Shown: piece by piece, positions 22,932 to 32,811 of the stretch
Layout of the letters: every line of letters starts with the position of its first letter
How positions within the stretch are numbered: the first letter of the stretch is position 1
Source of the DNA: a virus
DNA: 39,751 nt
IMG/VR virus record: IMGVR_UViG_3300045988_091437
Direction: 5' to 3' (one strand)
The notes under the pieces: model-generated
Told to the model about the DNA's origin: nothing
Databases searched by the model: none
Seen by the model: only the letters and a program-made list of their open reading frames with translations
Translations under genes and position numbers: made by a program

Positions 22932-23263
22932 CCAACACTGACGCAACCCTCTACCACCGCCGTTATAATCCAGTTACCCGTCTGGATGAATGGGGGTGTA
23001 CATACATCCCGGCTATTTGGTGGTATGAGGCAGAACAGTCCAGTGTCACCACGGAAGGCAGGAAGACCGCGGACACTTTCACGGTCCGCATCCCAGATAT
23101 AACAGTCCTGGTGAAAAAGGATGATTACCTGGTAAAAGGGCAGTGCAGCGTGCAGATGAAGACGGCGAAAGACCTGGCCGGCACAGAACACTTCAAGGTG
23201 TCGGCGGCAAATTATAACCGGTACGGAGGAAATCCGCACATCAAGGTGACAGGGGGTGCATGA
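22925..23263 (+). CDS. Head closure / head-tail joining protein
   Basis: ATG 22925 overlaps the upstream stop. 112 aa. Assigned by position. Confidence 0.55.
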   Translation: MLTNTDATLYHRRYNPVTRLDEWGCTYIPAIWWYEAEQSSVTTEGRKTADTFTVRIPDITVLVKKDDYLVKGQCSVQMKTAKDLAGTEHFKVSAANYNRYGGNPHIKVTGGA

Positions 23264-23649
23264 TGGCAGAGACCAGGAAAACGTTCCAGATCCGGCAGCC
23301 GCAGGACGTCCGTTACAGCGGACATGGCAGCGGCGGATTCACAGCAAGCCTAGAATGGGATGCCGGGCTTGCAGCAAGGCTTAACGGAAATCTTGCCAGG
23401 GCACAGACCTACGTGGATCAGACATGTATAGACCGTATGGAACCGGAAACACCGTTCCGGAGCGGTGTACTGAGGGAAGCGGCAACGCTTGGCACGGTTA
23501 CCGGTTCCGGTCTGATCGTGCAGTCCACACCATATGCCAGAAGACAGTACTATGAGCACAAAAAGCAGTCCAAATGGTTCGAACGTATGAAGAACCGGCA
23601 CAAGGACAGTATCCAGAAGGAGGCGGGTAAAATTGCATGCGGAAAGTAG
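23260..23649 (+). CDS. Tail/neck component (HK97 gp10-like minor capsid family)
   Basis: 129 aa. Carries TPYARRQYYEH. Assigned mainly by position. Confidence 0.55.
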   Translation: MMAETRKTFQIRQPQDVRYSGHGSGGFTASLEWDAGLAARLNGNLARAQTYVDQTCIDRMEPETPFRSGVLREAATLGTVTGSGLIVQSTPYARRQYYEHKKQSKWFERMKNRHKDSIQKEAGKIACGK

Positions 23650-24064
23650 CATCATCGAGAGCATCCGCACATTCTTCCTGACCTGTCCGTTTTTACATGA
23701 CGGCCGGGTCAACGTGGATTACCTGGGGGAGGAGATGAGTTATTCCATCGACCCGCTCCCATGTGACCCGGTGATCCAGAAATATGTGGATGGCGGGAAA
23801 AAGAAACAGTACCAGTTTGCGGTCTGTTCCAAGGAAGTTTATGACGAGGACGCCAGGGTGAATATCGAGAACAGCGGCTTCTACCAGGAGCTTCAGGAGT
23901 GGCTGGAAGAGTCCTCGGACAATGGGGAACTTCCAGAACTGGCAAACGAAAAACAACATGCAACAGCAGTTGAAACCTTAAACAGCGGTTACTTGTACGA
24001 TGCCGAGGCAAACTTGGCGACCTACCGTATCGAGTGCCGCTTGATTTATGAACAGGAGGCTTAA
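23633..24064 (+). CDS. Tail completion/terminator-like protein
   Basis: 143 aa. Lies immediately upstream of the major tail protein. Confidence 0.5.
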   Translation: MHAESSIIESIRTFFLTCPFLHDGRVNVDYLGEEMSYSIDPLPCDPVIQKYVDGGKKKQYQFAVCSKEVYDEDARVNIENSGFYQELQEWLEESSDNGELPELANEKQHATAVETLNSGYLYDAEANLATYRIECRLIYEQEA

Positions 24065-24067
24065 ATT

Positions 24068-24598
24068 ATGACAGGAAAAAATAATAAAACGAAATTAGTA
24101 AAGAGAACCGGCAGGGTGTCCTTCTACGGCGTTCCAGCAGGAAATGGGGAGGAACCAACGGAATACACCCGCATGGAGAAGTTCACGACATTATCAGAGT
24201 CCAAGAACCCGACCACCTATGAACGCCAGTACGTGGACAAGGATTCCAGCGACAGCGACGTGACCGGTTACGGCACCTCATGGTCCTATAACTTCGACAT
24301 GCACGAGAACAACCCGATCCTGATGGACATCGCATCCGTGCACGATGACGAGCTGACCGGGGAGACCAGGAACATCGTGGTCGTGGACTTCTTCGACAAG
24401 GGCGAAGCGACCAAAGAGGATGAATTCGTGGCAAGAAAACGTGAATTCTCCATCCTCCCGGATGCATCCGGTGACGGAACCGATGCACTGCAGTATTCCG
24501 GGTCGTTCGGCGTGAAGTCCGAACCGGTCAAGGGCTATGCCAAGGTTGCGGCAGACGGCAAGAGCTGCACGTTCCTGGAAAAGCCGACCGTAGGCTGA
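24068..24598 (+). CDS. Major tail protein
   Basis: 176 aa. Lies upstream of the chaperone and tape measure genes. Confidence 0.7.
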   Translation: MTGKNNKTKLVKRTGRVSFYGVPAGNGEEPTEYTRMEKFTTLSESKNPTTYERQYVDKDSSDSDVTGYGTSWSYNFDMHENNPILMDIASVHDDELTGETRNIVVVDFFDKGEATKEDEFVARKREFSILPDASGDGTDALQYSGSFGVKSEPVKGYAKVAADGKSCTFLEKPTVG

Positions 24599-24604
24599 TG
24601 ACCT

Positions 24605-25171
24605 GTGAACCCATTATATGAACCACTGCCGAAAAGCGTTGAGGTTGGGGGCGTCCTGTACCCGGTCAAGACGGACTTCCGGGCAGTGCTGAAGCTGATC
24701 GGGGAAGTGAAGCAGGCAGGGGAGCCGGGCAGCCGGCTCTTTCTGATCCTGCGGTTATACAAAAAAGAGATTCCGCCGGACATCCAGGGGGCCGTCCAGG
24801 CAGTCACGGATTTCATTGCCGGCATCCGGTCAGCAGAAAAGGAAAAAGAGCGTGAAGGCAGTGGAAAGCAGACATTCAGCTACGAGAAGGATGCACCGTA
24901 TATCGTCAGCGATTTCCAGAACTATTACGGCATCGACCTGCTGGCTTGTAAATATCTGCACTGGCAGAAGTTCCAGATGCTGCTGGAAGGCCTGCCAGAT
25001 GATTCCGGCACGAAAACCCGCATCGGCTACCGTTCGATCGATGCCGGAAAGATCAGGGACAAACAGGAACGCCAGCGGATCCAGAAGATCCAGCGGGCAA
25101 TATCCCTGGAAGACGAGCGGGATGAGGAACAGATCGGCGACCTGTTCGCAGCTGCGATGTGGGGCGATTGA
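24605..25171 (+). CDS. Gp15-like tail assembly chaperone
   Basis: 188 aa, GTG start. YPVKTDFRAVLKL...FQNYYGIDL...LHWQKFQMLLEGL resembles the A118 gp15 family. Confidence 0.65.
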   Translation: MNPLYEPLPKSVEVGGVLYPVKTDFRAVLKLIGEVKQAGEPGSRLFLILRLYKKEIPPDIQGAVQAVTDFIAGIRSAEKEKEREGSGKQTFSYEKDAPYIVSDFQNYYGIDLLACKYLHWQKFQMLLEGLPDDSGTKTRIGYRSIDAGKIRDKQERQRIQKIQRAISLEDERDEEQIGDLFAAAMWGD

Positions 25172-25192
25172 TAAGAAGATGGGAGGCAGGAA

Positions 25193-28100
25193 ATGGCAGA
25201 CGGAACATTAAGATTTGATACTGAGATCGACGAAAGTGGATTTCAGAAAGGCCTGAAGCGGATCGAGCAGGCAGCCAAAGGGGCAACGCAGCAGACTGCC
25301 TCCGATGCACAGGACGCAGCAAAACAGGCAGAGCAGGCCGTTTCCCAGGCGGCAGAGGAAGCAGGGAAAGACGCAGAAAAAGCGGCAAAGCAGGTGGAAA
25401 ATGCACTGGAAGATGTGCAGGACGCAGCAGAAGATGCGGCGGATGCGGTCACAGATGCGGCGGAAGATGCCGGACAGGATGCCGCAGAGTCCGTGCAGGA
25501 CGCTGTGGACAACATTGTGGAATCTGTGGAAGAAGCAGGCGAGAGTGCAGCGGAAGCAGTAGAGGATGCCATGTCGGATGTTGCGGACAGCGTTTCGGAT
25601 GCGGCGAAAGATGTCGGGGACAGTGCATCTGACATAGGTGACAGCATCGGGGACGGATTCGAAGAAGGGACCGACCAGGCAAGCACCGCCATTGATGCCC
25701 TTGCACAGGCTCTGCTGGCTGCCGGGGTAACTGCATCTGTCAAGGCGATCACGGACGCACTCATGGACTGCACACAGGCAAGCATGGAGTTTGAGACGGC
25801 GATGGCGAAGGTTGGCACGATCGCAGACGAATCACAGAAGCCGCTTGGTGATATGCGAAACGAGATCCTGGCATTGTCCAGCGAGACCGGTAAGAGTGTC
25901 GGGGAACTGGCAGAAGCGACCTATCAGGCTATTTCAGCATCGGTAGCGACCGAGAGTGCAGTTGATTTTGTCGGCACAGCGAATAAGTTGGCTGTTGGTG
26001 GATTTTCCGACACCACGACCGCCGTGGACATCCTGACGACCGCCATCAATGCCTATGGCATGTCGGCGGATGATGCTTCGAAGATCTCAGACGTTCTGAT
26101 CACAACGCAGAACTTAGGAAAAACATCCGTTGCACAGTTAGGTGCCAGCATGGGCATGGTCATCCCACTGGCGGCGGCGTACAACATGAACCTGGAAGAC
26201 CTGGCAGCCAGCTACGCATTGCTGACCGCCAACGGTACGCAGACCGCACAGGCAACGACCTACGTCAAGGCGGCACTGAATGAGCTTGGAAGCACAAGTT
26301 CCGTTGTTGGATCAACGCTCAAGAAGCAGACCGGCAAGACTTTCGCGGAATTGATGGCAGAGGGCAATTCACTTGGAGATGTGCTGCAGGTACTGGCGGA
26401 CAGCGTGGACGGTGACACGACCGCATTCAACAACATGTGGTCGAGTTCCGAGGCCGGCGTCGGTATGCTGTCCATCCTGAACAGCGGAACGTCCAAATAC
26501 AACAGCCTGGTGCAGGCGATGGAAGGAAGCACCGGGGCGGCAACCACTGCATTTGAGAAGATGTCAGAAACTGGGGAATTTGCCCAGCAGCGTTTCCAGA
26601 ACGCCACTGAGAACCTGAAAATAGCGATCGGTGATGAGCTTGCACCGGTGCTGATGGAACTCCAGCAGAGCGGGGCAGATGCGATGGAATGGGCAACGGA
26701 GTTCGTCAAGGAACACCCGGAATTAGTGGCGGCAGTCACGGCACTGGCAGCAGCCCTTGCAGTACTGGCAGCAGCCCTGGTCGGGTTGCTGGTCGTTCAA
26801 CAGGTTACAACAGCATTTACGAAGTTTTCAGCGGCACTCCTTGCGAATCCAGTCGGTGCGGTGGCAGTAGCCCTTACAGCCCTTACAGCGGCGGCCGTTG
26901 CATTTGGTGCGGTCATGAAAGACCGGACATCGGAGTCCGTTAAGAACCGGAAGGCAATCGATCAGTGCAAAGATTCCTACGATGAACTGAAAGACAGCAT
27001 GGAAGAGCATGCGAAAGAGCGAAAAGAAAGCATCAAGAGTGCGAAAACAGAAGCGGCTACCTACCAGAACCTTGCGGACAAACTCTACGAGCTGGCGGAT
27101 AAAACAAATAAAACAGCCTCAGACAAAGCACAGATGAACACGATCGTCGACCAGCTCAACGGGGCCATGCCGGAGCTTGGGCTTTCCATTGATGAAACAA
27201 CCGGGGCACTGAACAGGGAGAAATCCGCAGTGGATGCCGTGATCGATTCCATGAAGCAGCAGGCACTTGCAAATGCTTATCAGGAACAGGCAAACAAGGC
27301 GGCTTCTGATCTGGCAGAGGCACAGATCCAGCTGTCAGAAGCGGAAGAAGTGCTCAACGACCTGCGGTCACAGGCAGTAAAGAAGATTAACGAACATAAC
27401 GCTGCAGTACAGGACGGCACGGAATCCGTGCAGGAAATGGCGAGCAGTTACGCAGCAGCCGGTGAACCGGTTGATAAATATGCATTGCAGCTGAACGCCC
27501 TGAAAGGCCAGATAAAAGAACAGAAAGAAGTCGTTGCCGGCTTACAGGGGACAACTTCGGAAGCAGATGAAAGATACAACAAAATAGCGGAGAAAGCTTA
27601 CGAGTATAAAACCGCTGTTGAAGAATCAAACCAGGGCGTATCAGATTCGAGTACAGAGATGTCTGACGAGGTTAAACAAGCCTACGAGGACATGAAAACG
27701 TCCATTCAGAACAGCTTAGAGGGTGCAACGGATGCATTCAAGAAGTTTTCCGGAGGCGAAGAGATTGACAAAGGCGAAATCGTAGCAAATCTGAAAAGTC
27801 AGGCTGAAGGAGTAGAAGAGTGGGGGCAAAACCTGAAAGCTCTTGCAGGACGGGCAGGAGAGGGAATGACCAAAGAATTGTATGATTACCTGGTCAAATT
27901 AGGACCTCAAAGTGCAAATCTGGTCAAATCCTTCACCCAGATGACAAGTGATGAATTACAAGATGCAGCAACGGCATTTTCGCAGGCTGGTGGTGAACTT
28001 TCAGAAGGCATCACGAGTGAACTGGCCACTGCATCTGCCAACTGGGAGAATGCAGGGCAGGAAATTGCCCAGAAAGCAGGCGAAGCCGGAGAGAAGAGCG

Positions 28101-30079
28101 GCAAGGAGCATACAGAAAAGGCAAAAAACGGGATCGAATCCGGCCAGAAGGAAGTCACGGAGGCGGCTAAAAAAGGCGGAGAGGAAGCCGGAAAAGAGTC
28201 GCAGAAAGCAACCGCGGACGGAATCCAGCAGAATTCCGGGCAGGTGTCACAGGCGGCTGGGGATTCCATGAAAAAAGCAGCAGACACGGCAAGGACTTAC
28301 CGAAGTTCTTTCGAAAGTGTTGGCCAGAGCATGTCAGAAGGTGTTGCAGTTGGAATCAACAGGGGATCACCTTTTGTACAGAATGCGGTAAACAGCGTCC
28401 TCCAATCGGCTGTAAATGAAGCGGAGAAAAAAATAAAAAAGAACAGCCCGTCCCATGTATGGCGTGATGAAATCGGACTCAGCATGGCTGAGGGTGCCGC
28501 AGTCGGAGTTGAACGCGGTGAAAAAATAGTAAATGACAGTGTTGTAGCTATGGCGGACTCATCACTGGAAACCGCAAAGGATACACTTGAGATCCATTCA
28601 CTGTCCAAGGTTTTCAAGGACGAGATCGGTAAACACATCGTCGGAGGTGTGATCAAGGGCATTGAAGCCGAAGTCCCGAAGCTGAAAAAAACCATGAAGA
28701 AGATGTCCGAGGAAGCTGTCAAGGCAGCCGGTGAAGTGGATGCGGCAAAGGGCGGTTATTCCGATGCGGCGTCTGCGATCATGGAATCCATCACCAGCGG
28801 GCTTGACAAGCGTCAGGAGCTCCTGGTTTCCAAGCTGGATAACAAGATTGACGGCTATGTGGATAAAGTTGTAAAAAAATACGAAAAACTGGCCGAAGAC
28901 AAGAAAACAGAGGCGGGCAACACCACGGATGCAACGCAGAAGAAAAAGCTCCAGGAAGAAGCAAAAAAGCTCCGGAAGAACGCCAAAAAGATCAAGAACT
29001 ATGCCAACAAATACACATCAACGTTCATGGATGCCCTGAAAGAAGGGACAGAGAAAGCTTACAGTAAGATCGAAGACGACTTAGACAAGAAGCTGGACGA
29101 GATCGCAGACAAGTACCAGAAAGCTTACGACAAGATCATCTCATTTCGGGACGACATGAAAAAGAAGATGTCAGAGCCGGCCAATATGTACGACCTGGAC
29201 ACCCAGCTGACACAAGTCGAGCGGTACCAGGAAGGCCTGAAAAAGCTCAAGGACAAGATACCGGAAAGCCTGATGGACCAGATCCTCGGCATGGATCTGA
29301 ACGAGGCAGACAACTTCGTGGAGCACCTGAATGCGATGTCGGAAGAGGAGCTGGAGGCGTACAAGAAGAAATGGGAACAGCTGCAGAGTTCGTCCGAAAC
29401 CTTTTCGAAAGATTTCTTCGAACAGCGTCTGACAGATGTAAAAGCCGGATGGACGAAAGAAGTGGAAGAGGCAGCCAAAACCGCACAGGAAGCAGCCGAA
29501 GAAGCCGGAAAGAAGATCACCAAGAGCCTGATCAAGAGTCTGAATGGCGAAAAAGAAACGCTGAAAAAATCCATGCGGGGCATTGCAAAGGATATGATCG
29601 AAGCGTTTAAAAAAGCGTTTGGGCTTGGAAAAGACGGCAAAAAAGCAGAAGGCAGCAAAACGACAGCAGAGGCAAAGGGCACTGGAACTGCAGCTTCGGG
29701 CAAGACATCAGCAAAGAAAAAGAAAACGACTGCCAAAAACAAAAAGGAAGAAAAAGAATGGCAGGTATACCGGGAAACAAAAGAATATGAAAAAGCCAGG
29801 AAGAAAATCGAGCAGGGCACCCAGGCGGAAATGCAGGCAGTCATGGCAGAAGTGGAAAGGATGCAGAACACAATTGCAAGCCTGGAATCCATGGGTGCAA
29901 GCCCGACGGTCAACGTGTCATCACCACAGATCAGCCTGGCAAATAATCAGCCGGTGCAGTTACAGGCTGAGATCCATACCACGGTCGACCTGGATGGTAG
30001 GACGGTGGGCAAGGCGGTCACACCATACGTCAATGAAAACATGAACACAATACGGAACCGGCAGAGGAGGGGAAGCTGA
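25193..30079 (+). CDS. Tail tape measure protein
   Basis: 1628 aa. Acidic Ala/Asp/Glu-rich N-terminus, a TP901-type TMP core (LGDMRNEILALSSETGKSVGELAEATYQAISA), two hydrophobic segments, and a long coiled coil. Confidence 0.9.
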   Translation: MADGTLRFDTEIDESGFQKGLKRIEQAAKGATQQTASDAQDAAKQAEQAVSQAAEEAGKDAEKAAKQVENALEDVQDAAEDAADAVTDAAEDAGQDAAESVQDAVDNIVESVEEAGESAAEAVEDAMSDVADSVSDAAKDVGDSASDIGDSIGDGFEEGTDQASTAIDALAQALLAAGVTASVKAITDALMDCTQASMEFETAMAKVGTIADESQKPLGDMRNEILALSSETGKSVGELAEATYQAISASVATESAVDFVGTANKLAVGGFSDTTTAVDILTTAINAYGMSADDASKISDVLITTQNLGKTSVAQLGASMGMVIPLAAAYNMNLEDLAASYALLTANGTQTAQATTYVKAALNELGSTSSVVGSTLKKQTGKTFAELMAEGNSLGDVLQVLADSVDGDTTAFNNMWSSSEAGVGMLSILNSGTSKYNSLVQAMEGSTGAATTAFEKMSETGEFAQQRFQNATENLKIAIGDELAPVLMELQQSGADAMEWATEFVKEHPELVAAVTALAAALAVLAAALVGLLVVQQVTTAFTKFSAALLANPVGAVAVALTALTAAAVAFGAVMKDRTSESVKNRKAIDQCKDSYDELKDSMEEHAKERKESIKSAKTEAATYQNLADKLYELADKTNKTASDKAQMNTIVDQLNGAMPELGLSIDETTGALNREKSAVDAVIDSMKQQALANAYQEQANKAASDLAEAQIQLSEAEEVLNDLRSQAVKKINEHNAAVQDGTESVQEMASSYAAAGEPVDKYALQLNALKGQIKEQKEVVAGLQGTTSEADERYNKIAEKAYEYKTAVEESNQGVSDSSTEMSDEVKQAYEDMKTSIQNSLEGATDAFKKFSGGEEIDKGEIVANLKSQAEGVEEWGQNLKALAGRAGEGMTKELYDYLVKLGPQSANLVKSFTQMTSDELQDAATAFSQAGGELSEGITSELATASANWENAGQEIAQKAGEAGEKSGKEHTEKAKNGIESGQKEVTEAAKKGGEEAGKESQKATADGIQQNSGQVSQAAGDSMKKAADTARTYRSSFESVGQSMSEGVAVGINRGSPFVQNAVNSVLQSAVNEAEKKIKKNSPSHVWRDEIGLSMAEGAAVGVERGEKIVNDSVVAMADSSLETAKDTLEIHSLSKVFKDEIGKHIVGGVIKGIEAEVPKLKKTMKKMSEEAVKAAGEVDAAKGGYSDAASAIMESITSGLDKRQELLVSKLDNKIDGYVDKVVKKYEKLAEDKKTEAGNTTDATQKKKLQEEAKKLRKNAKKIKNYANKYTSTFMDALKEGTEKAYSKIEDDLDKKLDEIADKYQKAYDKIISFRDDMKKKMSEPANMYDLDTQLTQVERYQEGLKKLKDKIPESLMDQILGMDLNEADNFVEHLNAMSEEELEAYKKKWEQLQSSSETFSKDFFEQRLTDVKAGWTKEVEEAAKTAQEAAEEAGKKITKSLIKSLNGEKETLKKSMRGIAKDMIEAFKKAFGLGKDGKKAEGSKTTAEAKGTGTAASGKTSAKKKKTTAKNKKEEKEWQVYRETKEYEKARKKIEQGTQAEMQAVMAEVERMQNTIASLESMGASPTVNVSSPQISLANNQPVQLQAEIHTTVDLDGRTVGKAVTPYVNENMNTIRNRQRRGS

Positions 30080-30765
30080 TGGATGTACAGATCGGAAAGT
30101 ATAAAATGGGCGATTTTGGGCTGAAACTGCTGGGTGTGGACCTTGGTACGCCGTCCGTCCGGAAAAGTACCGTGACCATCCCCGGCAGGAACGGTGCACT
30201 GGACTTGACGGAAGCCATTACCGGTTTCCCAGTGTACGACAATGCAACACATAAGCTGACGTTCGACTTCAAGGACGGGACTTACAGCACCTGGCTGTCA
30301 AAAGCCAGTGACATCCGTGGGAAACTGCACGGCAGGCGGCTCCCGGTCATCTTCGGGGATGACGACTATTATTACGATGCCAGGGTAAGCGTGGACAGCA
30401 GCAAGCTCAACCAGCACTACAGTCAGATCGTGGTCACACTGGATGCAGAGCCGTACAAGCTGGCACGGAAAACGTCACTGGATGACTGGGAATGGGACAG
30501 CTTCAATTTTGAAACGGATATCATCAGAGACTATAAAAACATCCCGGTACCGGGTGAAATCACGGTCGTAGGGGATGTGATGCCGACGGGGTGTGTTTTT
30601 GAAGCTTCGGCGGCGGTCACAGTGACATATGACGGAAAAAGCTACCAGATCCCAAAAGGGCACAGCACGGTGCCTGATATCCTGATCACAGAGGGCAGCC
30701 ATACCATGCAGTTCGAAGGGGATGGCGGCACGGTTTCCGTAGAATACAGAGGAGGCAGGTTCTAA
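30079..30765 (+). CDS. Distal tail protein (Dit)
   Basis: 228 aa. Directly follows the tape measure gene. Contains IPGRNGALDLTE. Confidence 0.75.
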   Translation: MDVQIGKYKMGDFGLKLLGVDLGTPSVRKSTVTIPGRNGALDLTEAITGFPVYDNATHKLTFDFKDGTYSTWLSKASDIRGKLHGRRLPVIFGDDDYYYDARVSVDSSKLNQHYSQIVVTLDAEPYKLARKTSLDDWEWDSFNFETDIIRDYKNIPVPGEITVVGDVMPTGCVFEASAAVTVTYDGKSYQIPKGHSTVPDILITEGSHTMQFEGDGGTVSVEYRGGRF

Positions 30766-31934
30766 TGTATAAGATCACGCTGGATGGTTCCTACCTGTAC
30801 CATCCGTGGATAAGAGGCCGCTGCATTACGGAAGGGGCACTGACTCAGGAAGTCAACAAAAACGGCTCCTGTGATGTTTCGATTGTCCTGGATCATCCGC
30901 TTGCGGCATCCGTCCTGCGGCGAAAGTCCATGCTGGAAGTAGTCCGGTTCGACCTGACGGGCAGTGAGAAGACGATCTACCGGGGCGTTGTGATGAACAC
31001 CGTCGAAGACAGGAACCTTGAGATGGAGATCCAGACAGAAGGCGACCTGGTATTTTTTCAGGACAGCATCATCCGTCCATTCCACAAGACCGGCACGGAT
31101 GTACCGGGAAAGACAACGCCAGGAAATTATTTCAAGTGGCTGGTTAAGAAACACAACGGACAGGTGGATGATTTCAAGCAGTTCCTGATCGGTCAGGTGA
31201 CTATTACCGGGGAAGCGGCAGACCGGGAGCGGAACGATTACAGCACCACGAGGGACATTCTGGATGAACTCGTCACAGAAAGCGGCGGGTATATCCGGAC
31301 ACGAACCGTCGGCGGTGTGCACTATATTGATTACCTGGCAGAATATGAACAGGCAGGCGGCCAGGATATACGGCAGGGGCAGAACATAATTGATGTTACC
31401 AAGAACGTCAAGACGGATGACCTTGCAACGCGTCTGATCCCGCTCGGGTCATCGACGTCAAACAACGAATGGCCGGTCACAATCGCAAATGTAAACGGTG
31501 GCAAGGATTACCTGGAAGACGCGGCAGCCGTGAAAGAATACGGCATCATCACGAAGACCGTGGAGTTTTCCGAAATACAGAACCCCACGAAGCTGAAAGA
31601 AGAAGGCGAAAAGGCGTTTAAAAAGATCAACGGGGCAAATCTGGTAACAGAATTATCTGCAATCGACCTGTCGGATGCCGGTTATGATGTGGATATGCTG
31701 CGGATCGGTGAAAAGGTTTTTTGTGCAGCACCCACGTACAACATACAGCAGCAGCTGCAGATCACGAAGAAGGTGACAGACCTGTTAAAACCGGCAAACA
31801 GCAAGGTCACGCTTGGCGGTACGGCATTAACATACACACAGCAACAGCTGCAGGCAGGGCAGGGGCGTGTGAAGTACACAACAATAACAGCGATAACAAA
31901 TGGGCAGATTGATGAAATCTGTATTTATAGTTAA
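30765..31934 (+). CDS. Tail-associated protein (Tal-like, short form)
   Basis: 389 aa. Assigned by its position after Dit. Confidence 0.65.
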   Translation: MYKITLDGSYLYHPWIRGRCITEGALTQEVNKNGSCDVSIVLDHPLAASVLRRKSMLEVVRFDLTGSEKTIYRGVVMNTVEDRNLEMEIQTEGDLVFFQDSIIRPFHKTGTDVPGKTTPGNYFKWLVKKHNGQVDDFKQFLIGQVTITGEAADRERNDYSTTRDILDELVTESGGYIRTRTVGGVHYIDYLAEYEQAGGQDIRQGQNIIDVTKNVKTDDLATRLIPLGSSTSNNEWPVTIANVNGGKDYLEDAAAVKEYGIITKTVEFSEIQNPTKLKEEGEKAFKKINGANLVTELSAIDLSDAGYDVDMLRIGEKVFCAAPTYNIQQQLQITKKVTDLLKPANSKVTLGGTALTYTQQQLQAGQGRVKYTTITAITNGQIDEICIYS

Positions 31935-31953
31935 AAGAAAAGGAGAAAATATT

Positions 31954-32784
31954 ATGGCAAAATTTTTGGATACAGCGGGATTAACTTATCTTTGGGGCAA
32001 GATCAAGGACGCACTGTTTGAGAAAGTAGACAAAGTAAACGGTAAAGGACTGTCTACGAACGATTACACGACAGCAGAGAAGAACAAACTGGCTGGAATT
32101 GAAGCCGGTGCGAATAAGTACACGCATCCGAGCTATACGGCAAAAACAAATGGACTCTATAAAATGACGGTAGATGCGAACGGGCACGTATCTGCCGCAA
32201 ACCCAGTTACAAAAAAAGATCTCACTGACCTGGGTATCCCAGGAAGTAATACAACCTATTCCGATTTCAAAGGAGCAACCGCAAATGCAGCGGGTACACA
32301 CGGACTGGTACCAGCACCAGCGAAAGGTGACACCGGTAAAATCCTTAGTGGCAAGGGAACGTGGGAAGCTATGACAATGACCTACGCCGAGGAAAATTAC
32401 AGCATGGCATCTATTGGAATTACTTTTGCTGATAGTACCGTAAAAGCAAATATTCCAGTTGCAACTACTGGTAATATGGGTCTCATGCCTCCAGTGATGT
32501 TTACAAAACTGAATGACTTGCCAACAAATGCAGATTTATCTGGTATCTATGCGAAGAAATCCGACATCACAGGCGTGTACAAGTACAAGGGTTCCCTGGC
32601 AGATGCAACAAAACTGCCGACTACAGGGCAGGTTACCGGTGATGTGTACAACCTGGAAGCGGCATCTGATTACGGGCCGGCAGGAACGAACGTGGCCTGG
32701 GACGGCAAGGCATGGGATGCACTGGGCGGATTGTTTGTGGTCGATGCACTTACCAATGCCGAAATTGATGCAATCTGCGTGTAA
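31954..32784 (+). CDS. Tail fibre protein 1
   Basis: ATG 31954 after AGGAGAAAA. Contains GKGLSTNDYTTAEKNKLAGIEAGA. Its N-terminus is paralogous to the next gene. Confidence 0.7.
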   Translation: MAKFLDTAGLTYLWGKIKDALFEKVDKVNGKGLSTNDYTTAEKNKLAGIEAGANKYTHPSYTAKTNGLYKMTVDANGHVSAANPVTKKDLTDLGIPGSNTTYSDFKGATANAAGTHGLVPAPAKGDTGKILSGKGTWEAMTMTYAEENYSMASIGITFADSTVKANIPVATTGNMGLMPPVMFTKLNDLPTNADLSGIYAKKSDITGVYKYKGSLADATKLPTTGQVTGDVYNLEAASDYGPAGTNVAWDGKAWDALGGLFVVDALTNAEIDAICV

Positions 32785-32811
32785 AGTGAATTGATATAAG
32801 GAGGAAGGAAC

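Noticed and set aside
24816-25211. An overlapping ORF in another frame at the end of the Gp15-like chaperone gene, as a possible G/GT-type programmed frameshift product.
   Set aside because: It is in the +1 (not -1) frame. It extends only 40 nt past the chaperone stop and runs into the tape measure start. No slippery heptamer was identified.
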